This document shows, piece by piece, positions 57,023 to 64,000 of a stretch of 64,000 nucleotides of DNA. This DNA comes from Octopus vulgaris. Lineage: Eukaryota. The stretch lies in NCBI GenBank assembly GCA_951406725.2, contig OX597814.1, forward strand, positions 46,748,001-46,812,000, written 5' to 3'. The first letter of the stretch is position 1. Each line of letters begins with the position of its first letter. Both the position numbers and the translations under genes were made by a program. The notes under the pieces were generated by a model. That model worked only from the letters and a program-made list of their open reading frames with translations, did not search any database and was not told the origin of the DNA.

Positions 57023-57110
57023 AGAGTCAAGGAATGGAGTAGATACCTGGCAGCCTTGGTTGCCTACTGTGAAACATAAAAAGAACTTTTTGCAGTTTAT
57101 CAGATTCCCA

Positions 57111-57375
57111 GGCTGACCATAATCTTGTGAGTGGGTTTGGATGACAAAAATTGAAAGAAGCTTGTTGTATGTGTGCATGTTAGTGTCACTGTCATACAAG
57201 CAGTGTCCTTCATTTCCAGTATTCTGCAAGAACATGTTTGGCCATGGAGAAATGTTTCCTTGTCTGGAAACAGGTGAAGGTTGGTGACAGGAAGGGCATC
57301 TAACTGTAGAAATTTCGCCTCAATAAACTCTGACCCATGCAAGCATGGAAAGGTGGGCATTAAAATGATGATGAT
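57111..57375 (+). mobile_element. 5'-truncated SINE with RTE-type tail
   Basis: TTGTGAGTGGGTTTGG...GAAAGAAGC head remnant, then GGTGACAGGAAGGGCATC...CCATGCAAGCATGG...ATGATGATGAT. Confidence 0.75.
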
Positions 57376-58491
57376 ATATCACAGTATCACCTAACCTCCT
57401 CAAACTCAGAGTTAGAATATATTATAAGATCAGAATGAAGAAACTTCATCACAAAACCACAAAGTAGCAAATCACAGAACACACATCTGGCAATCAATGT
57501 AATATACAGAGGTCAATGTTAACATGGAAGTTGTACATTGTTAACTTCATGACATATACTTACAATGAACACATATGACACTTTGTCAGTAGTTAACAAT
57601 GTCTTTACAAGAAACCATTTCAATTCATTGTAATACTGTACACAACACAAGTGCTTATAAAAGATATATTAGAGATCCCAAGAGATAGACATTGACAGCA
57701 CTATAATTTAATTTTGAATTCAGCACTGGTAGCAAAGTAAACTAAAAGAAATCATTAAACAACTATGTCACATAATAAATAATGAAATCTACCAGTACAT
57801 AACCATTGTATAATTTTTACACACACACACACACACGTAAGCAAGCACACGCGTCAAGGAATTGAATAGATACCTAGCAGCCTTGGTTGCCTGCTGTCAA
57901 ACATAAAAAGAACTTTTTGCAGTTTATCAGATTCCCATTACAAAAGTATTCATATGATCCTTTATAGCCTACTGCAAAATTTGTGAATGACATGCCATTA
58001 TTACTATTTCATTCTTATGATAAGACCTGGAAGGTCTTGAAACATTAATAGACTAATTGATTTAGGAACACTGTTATTACAAACTAAACAATGAATGAGG
58101 AAATATGAAAAATCTGATATCTTTATCTATAGGTAGTAATGTTGATCTGTTTGTCTTGGAACAGCATTACCATTTCTCTATGAAACTTTATAAAATTTTT
58201 GTAAGATCCCTATGCAACCCAGAATAATGTGTGACTGAGAAAATCTTGGGCACTTAGTCCAACTTAGTCCAGTGGATGAGTTAACAAAAGAAATTGTTAG
58301 TTGTAATTGATTGCTGGGGAGAGAGAGAGATAGTTGTAGGAGCAGTAGCTGAGTATGTGTTTTAGTGTGAAATGCAGAAATGTCAATTTGTCTGGTCAAG
58401 CTCTTGTTTTCTCTTAGTTTTTCATTAAACTCTTTCACTTACATACACTGTTCCTCATTGTTGTCACATCATATATATGATGTGTGTATAG

Positions 58492-58539
<48 letters not shown>

Positions 58540-58541
<2 letters not shown>

Positions 58542-58705
58542 TGGCTATGTTAAGAAGTTTGCTTCTCAACTTCATGGTTTCAGGTCTGGTCCCACTTCAT
58601 GGCACTTTAGGAAAGTATCTTCTGCTATAAACCCAAACTGACCCAAGACTTGTGAGTGGATTTGGCCGATGGGAACTGAAAGAAGCCTATCTTGTGTGTG
58701 TGTCT
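58540..58705 (+). mobile_element. SINE 5' half (36635-type head), degraded
   Basis: ATGGCTATGTTAAGAAGTTTGCTT...TTGTGAGTGGATTTGG...ACTGAAAGAAGCC. Confidence 0.7.
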
Positions 58706-61700
58706 CTCACCAGAGAAGACACCTCTTGGAGGATGATGCAGACTGAAATAGTAACCTTGGCTGAAGATGCAGTTTTGCATCCCCAAAGCAAGATGAGGTG
58801 CCTCTTTGCTATAATTCTCTGTACCTGTTCACTGTCCAATTCTTAACAAACCCTGGTATAATCACCAGGACAGTACATCTGATGGCATACACTATTAAGC
58901 ACAATAAGCATCAAAAGACCCACACCTTGAGCTTACTTCTGTCATGTACAATCAAGCACTGACTCTTATTGAAAATATTGTACAGTCCTTTGCTGGCGAA
59001 GATCATGGACAATGTGGGTAGCCAGCTTCAGAAGGAGCTCTAGTTGCAATGCTTAGTTGAGAGGTTCTCTAGGCAGCTTGTTATGACATTCAACAACTGG
59101 AACAATGCTCAACAAAATTAATTACTTTTGGTTTCTATGGGGAAAAAATGCTTATACAAGGATCAATCAATTGTTAACATCTGACTTGATAAGAATAGTT
59201 TCTTTGGATGCTTCTGGTGAAACAAAGAAAATCTTTGATCAACCTTATTTTGGTAAAAAGTGACCTTATCTGGAATTGCTCCAGCTTTGCTCACATGTGA
59301 TAGGACAACTCATTCTGCTTTGAAGCTGTCACTCAACCTTGCACTCTATGATAGTTCTATCTGCAATATTGCCAGATGATCTGGACAGGCAGACACTCAG
59401 GAGCAGACCAGGCTGAAAGTATGAGTGCACATCTTAGATACTTGCATTTGAAGTTCTTGATCAAGATCTCAGATGTGCCACTAACACGGGTAGAGTTATG
59501 GTCAATTTTTTTAGTCATTTTTCTGGGTCATCTTAGAGTGTACATTTGGTGATGTTCAGGTTATGCCTAAAAAACCCCCAAAACTATATTTGCTGATAAG
59601 AGGAAAACTTCAACTTAATTCCTCAGTATATGAATAAAGTCAATTCCAAAGTAAATTGAAACATAAGCAGAATATTTCATATGAATATCATCACAAAGTG
59701 TTAATAAATATAAATAGAAGTTCAAGAATATAGAAGATACAAAACTTAGATAATAATATAGATAATAAGGATGATTTTTAGCAGTAACCAAACTTTCATT
59801 TGACACTATATATTACTGAATAAATATGGCAGTTATTTGAGATAGCATTTTTGTTGTGATAATACTTTAATAATCTATAGATTAAAAAATCAAACCAGAC
59901 TACTGTATTTTATGTTTGCAATTCTAGAATATTGACTGTTAAATTCATTGCATGCTATTGTTGTATGGAAGTGTCAAAAGTTTGAGCAGTTTATTTACAC
60001 TTGTATAGAAATATGAAATAACTGAGTATTTTCAGATAACTCTAACAATTTCCAAATGAATTCACTAGTTTGATTCAAGGCTGTCTTGCAGTCACACTGT
60101 CAAACCTATTTATAGACAGGTTTAAAATCTTGTTTCTTTTGTCAAACAGCTCATTGTTATACAAAATAAATGTTCAATTAACCTTTCTCTCTTCTTCCCT
60201 CTTACTTTTTTAAACTCAATTGTTTGTATTTTCTTACAGTTAATTTCTATTTATAAAAGAGTTTTATGAGTCCAAATAGCTCTTGTAAAGAAAAGAGGTT
60301 AAATTTTAGTATGAGAATCTGATTAAAATTATTCAGATACTCTCATCTCATCTTAGTTGGTCAAACATTTTAGTATGAAGCCATTAATTGTAGCTCTAAA
60401 TGTGATTAGTTAATTTGTTGATTTCGGCTTGCTTTCTGAAATTGGAGTCATTCAACTGTATTAAACTGAGATTATCTAGTGGAACCTAGTTTTAGCTTCT
60501 CAAGGCTAGATTTCTTTAAGTGTTGACAATTTGAACTTTTAGCTCCACCATTGAGAATTTACTAAATCCTGTTGAAATCCTTCATTATATGAGATTTTAT
60601 GACTAGTTTATTATTTTCCCTTCTCTTCTACTCAAAAGGCTTCCACATTTGAGATAGTGCTGCTGTACACATAAACATTTTAAGCTGTATCCAAAGTGAA
60701 ACAGCTATCAGCATGGAGTTATTCACCATCACATTCTAACTCATGCTCACACATGCTACTTCTTTATGAAGCCTTTTCTGTGGATATTAAAATAGCTTCT
60801 GCATTTTGAGATTGACTGGCTTTTGCCACCTTCACCAGTCTTACCTGAGTTACTTGTTTCTCCTCTCATCCCTCACAGTGCATGTAGCCTCTTCTTTCAG
60901 ACCCATACTAACCACATCTTTTCTCCCCAGAATGTCAGTTCTCAAGAATGGTCTCACTGTCCATTTTTTTCTGCAGTCATCAACTTGCAGTGTTCAAGAT
61001 GACTATCAACCACATTGATCCCAACAGTCTTGGAGGGCTGGCAAAAGCCATAAGTTCAGTCCCATCTAGGCAAAATAATTAAAAGGAAAAAAAAAAAAAC
61101 TGATTGCTTGCTAAAAATATCTGATATCTTGTTTTTGAGAATGAAGCATGCAGACCTAAGTTCAAATTTTTTTTTTATCTATTTCTGTATGGATTTAAGT
61201 ACTCGAGTTCAAAGATAGTCATTGGTTTCTCTTTTCAACTCTTATCCCATAAACTTTCAGCATCAAACACATTTTCATTGACATCTCTGTTTTTGAATGG
61301 GATCTAACAATATAACATTTAATATCTAAATACAAATAGTACTACAGCAATGAACTCATTCCATTTCTCATGAATAATTCTTAAATAACTCTCTTTTGCC
61401 AGTGACCTCCTAAGTGTCTCAAATATGATGCAGCAGTGTAAAATTTCTCTCAAATCAGGGTTGACATTTTCTTCAATTAGTAGCTTTCAGAATAAAAATG
61501 TTCATATAATTGATAAACCTTTCCTCTTTCACAAATTGAGTCTTTGGTCCACCTTCAGTGATTATGCACTGCTCCTTTCTGTCATTACTTCACTATTCTC
61601 TGTTCTTCCAAATTTGTTTAGCTGTATTACTTCCATATTCAAAACTATCCTTTACTCTCATTATTTCACTAGCTGCCATTAACACTCAATCTCTTAACTC

Positions 61701-64000
61701 TTTTACTGCTGAAATTGGGTATATTCACTCAAAATTTCATTATCCTTAATTGCAGAAAGCAGTTTTATGTACCAATTTATCTTTTTTTGAGGAATGTCAT
61801 GTTTGAAGCTTTTTTTTGTTGAGTTATGTCAAGTTTATTGAGGCAATGTGACTTACAGAAAATATCACTTTTTTGGTAGATATTTAACATAATTAATGGA
61901 ATAACCATGAAATTTAATTTTGCAGTTAAATGGTTAAGCTACATTCAAGGCCTTATATGTTTAGACTGACTTTCTGAAGAAGTCATCTTTCTAAATACTA
62001 ATTTCCAACTTTTTAGCTCTTTGTAATGATATTGGTTTCATTCAATCACTCTCTGAATCATTTTGAGCTGAGACAGGATACGGGGAATGTCTTCTTTGCT
62101 ATTCAGTTTGTAGTTAATAGCTATATAGTACATATTGGTAATAGCATAACAAGGTTGGTGTAGAATATGTCAAGATTACAAAAGTCAATTAGTTTGGCAA
62201 AATAGTCAATTAATTTGATAGAATAAAAATCAATATTTGTTCATGAAGTTATCTTTGAGCTTTGATATAAAAGGGAAAATGGCTATTGTGAACAAGAAAT
62301 ATAGCATTTTTTCTAGATAATTTAAGCTGACCCTTTCATACACACTTATTTGAAGTTTCTTCAGATTACGTTGAGATATGCTAGTTAATTCTAATGTAAA
62401 TGTTTGCTTATGGTTTAAGAAATAATTATTTACAAGTTCAATTTTCTTGATACAAGAATGAAAATATTTGAAGTAAATTAACTAGGGAATGATATAAGAA
62501 ATAACAGTTTATCAGTATTATTGATTAATCTTACAGGGTTAATCTCATAACCTTAAGTATAAACAATAATTAAATGAAAGTATATACTTCCAGAATGAAA
62601 ATATTGTGATTTTATGCATTTTTTCTTAATTTCTGTTAGCCTTAAAACTTTTGAAAGAATATGATTGGCAATATTTATATCTTTTTCGAATGAGTGGTTA
62701 GAGCAACATGTACCTAGTTTTATAAATTTGTTTCCCCATCATTATAGTGGAAATCTTACATCCTTCTATATGCTCCTCTTCTATGCAGTCAGGTCTTTAA
62801 ACAGAATTTTTACAAACAGTGCTAAGACCTTCAATACCATTTGAATACTATTCTTTACTCATAGTAAATCAGTTGTATTTTGTACCTATTCTCCATACCA
62901 TCTAGTGCACAGTACTAAACATAGCAAATTTAACAAGTAACTGGACCTCACTGTATTCCAACCAGCAGTTTAAAACAGTGCTCCTTCTCCACTCTAATTG
63001 TTCAGTCTTTTCTTTTTACAGAAATTTTCTGAGACATCAAAATGTTGTCATGTGTATTCCATTCTCAAGAAAGGTAGTCTTATGTCAATTACTGGATTCC
63101 CACTCTTGTATTAGCACATTCAAGTTGATGGACATCAATGTAAACTGCCTCATACTATACTATCATGAGTGTCTTTCCTTTCTCAGACTTTCATTATGAG
63201 ACTTGCAATGAGAGATCTACTGGAGACCTCTTGTATATGAGTGTAATGGTCTTTCCTTTGAGAACTTTAGTGAAAAACAAGCTTACTGCTCTTCATCAAC
63301 ACCATTACTGAATAAGGTTTTCACCAGAAATCTTTTGATAAAAGTGCGTGCTTAATGTCTCCATTCATATAGTTAGGAATTTTTCTGACAGTCTTCTTCA
63401 TTGTAATATCTAGGGAGAGCTCTAATCTTAGCTCTATAAATTTAAGTGTTTTTTGGGATTATTTCCTACATTCTTACATCTTTGGTTAACAATCAGTTAA
63501 CTGTTTTCTTAAAACACTCTCATTCTCATATCACTGATTTAAAATTATATGGTATTTTGCTCAGAACTCCACCACAACTGCAACATTGTGTTCCATTGAA
63601 TTAACTGATATATGCCACTGTTGTACAATATGGTCCTCATTATAACTTTGTTTCCTCTATCCAAAGCTGACTCAACAGAAGCTACTTAAATTTCTCTCTT
63701 ACATTTGGCATGCTCTTGTCTCACATGGAACCTTAAAACCACCCCATTAGTTTGTCCATTTCTTCTGAATAAGGACAGCCAAGTGGTGAGGTGTGATAAC
63801 TTTTTTTTTCAACAGTATCATAACTTTACTTTTGAATATCTTATAAATAAAAAAAGCTTCATCGCATTTTTATAACTTGTAAGAAATACAAGCATCAATC
63901 ACATTCTGTACAAATATCAACAATTTTTCATGAATGTCATATGTACTTCATATTTCCAAGAGGGTTTCAGAAAACAAGGTTCACTCTCTGATCTTCTAAA

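Overview
AT-rich eukaryotic genomic DNA made almost entirely of repeats. The repeat content looks like an octopus (coleoid cephalopod) genome; this is an inference from the SINE families, the RTE LINEs with (ATG)n tails and the kilobase-scale (AT/GT) microsatellites. I cannot support any host protein-coding gene, and nearly all long ORFs in the track are artefacts of stop-free alternating purine/pyrimidine repeats. Main contents: (1) a nearly full-length RTE-clade LINE (6065-10203, +) with an open APE endonuclease + RT reading frame, a C4HC3 PHD-like finger inside the RT region, and a 3' UTR carrying a 62-bp tandem array whose units appear to fold as H-type pseudoknots; (2) many truncated or older RTE copies and two CR1-like LINE fragments; (3) two defective irritans-type mariner transposons with intact TIRs and TA duplications; (4) many tRNA-derived SINEs, including a head module joined to either a CR1-type or an RTE-type tail; (5) Penelope-type minimal hammerhead ribozyme motifs in short inserts; (6) a ~210-bp foldback whose transition mismatches are all G-U wobbles on the + strand, plus several local inverted duplications consistent with template switching. 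Boundaries of degraded repeats are approximate, and all RNA structures were inferred by eye.
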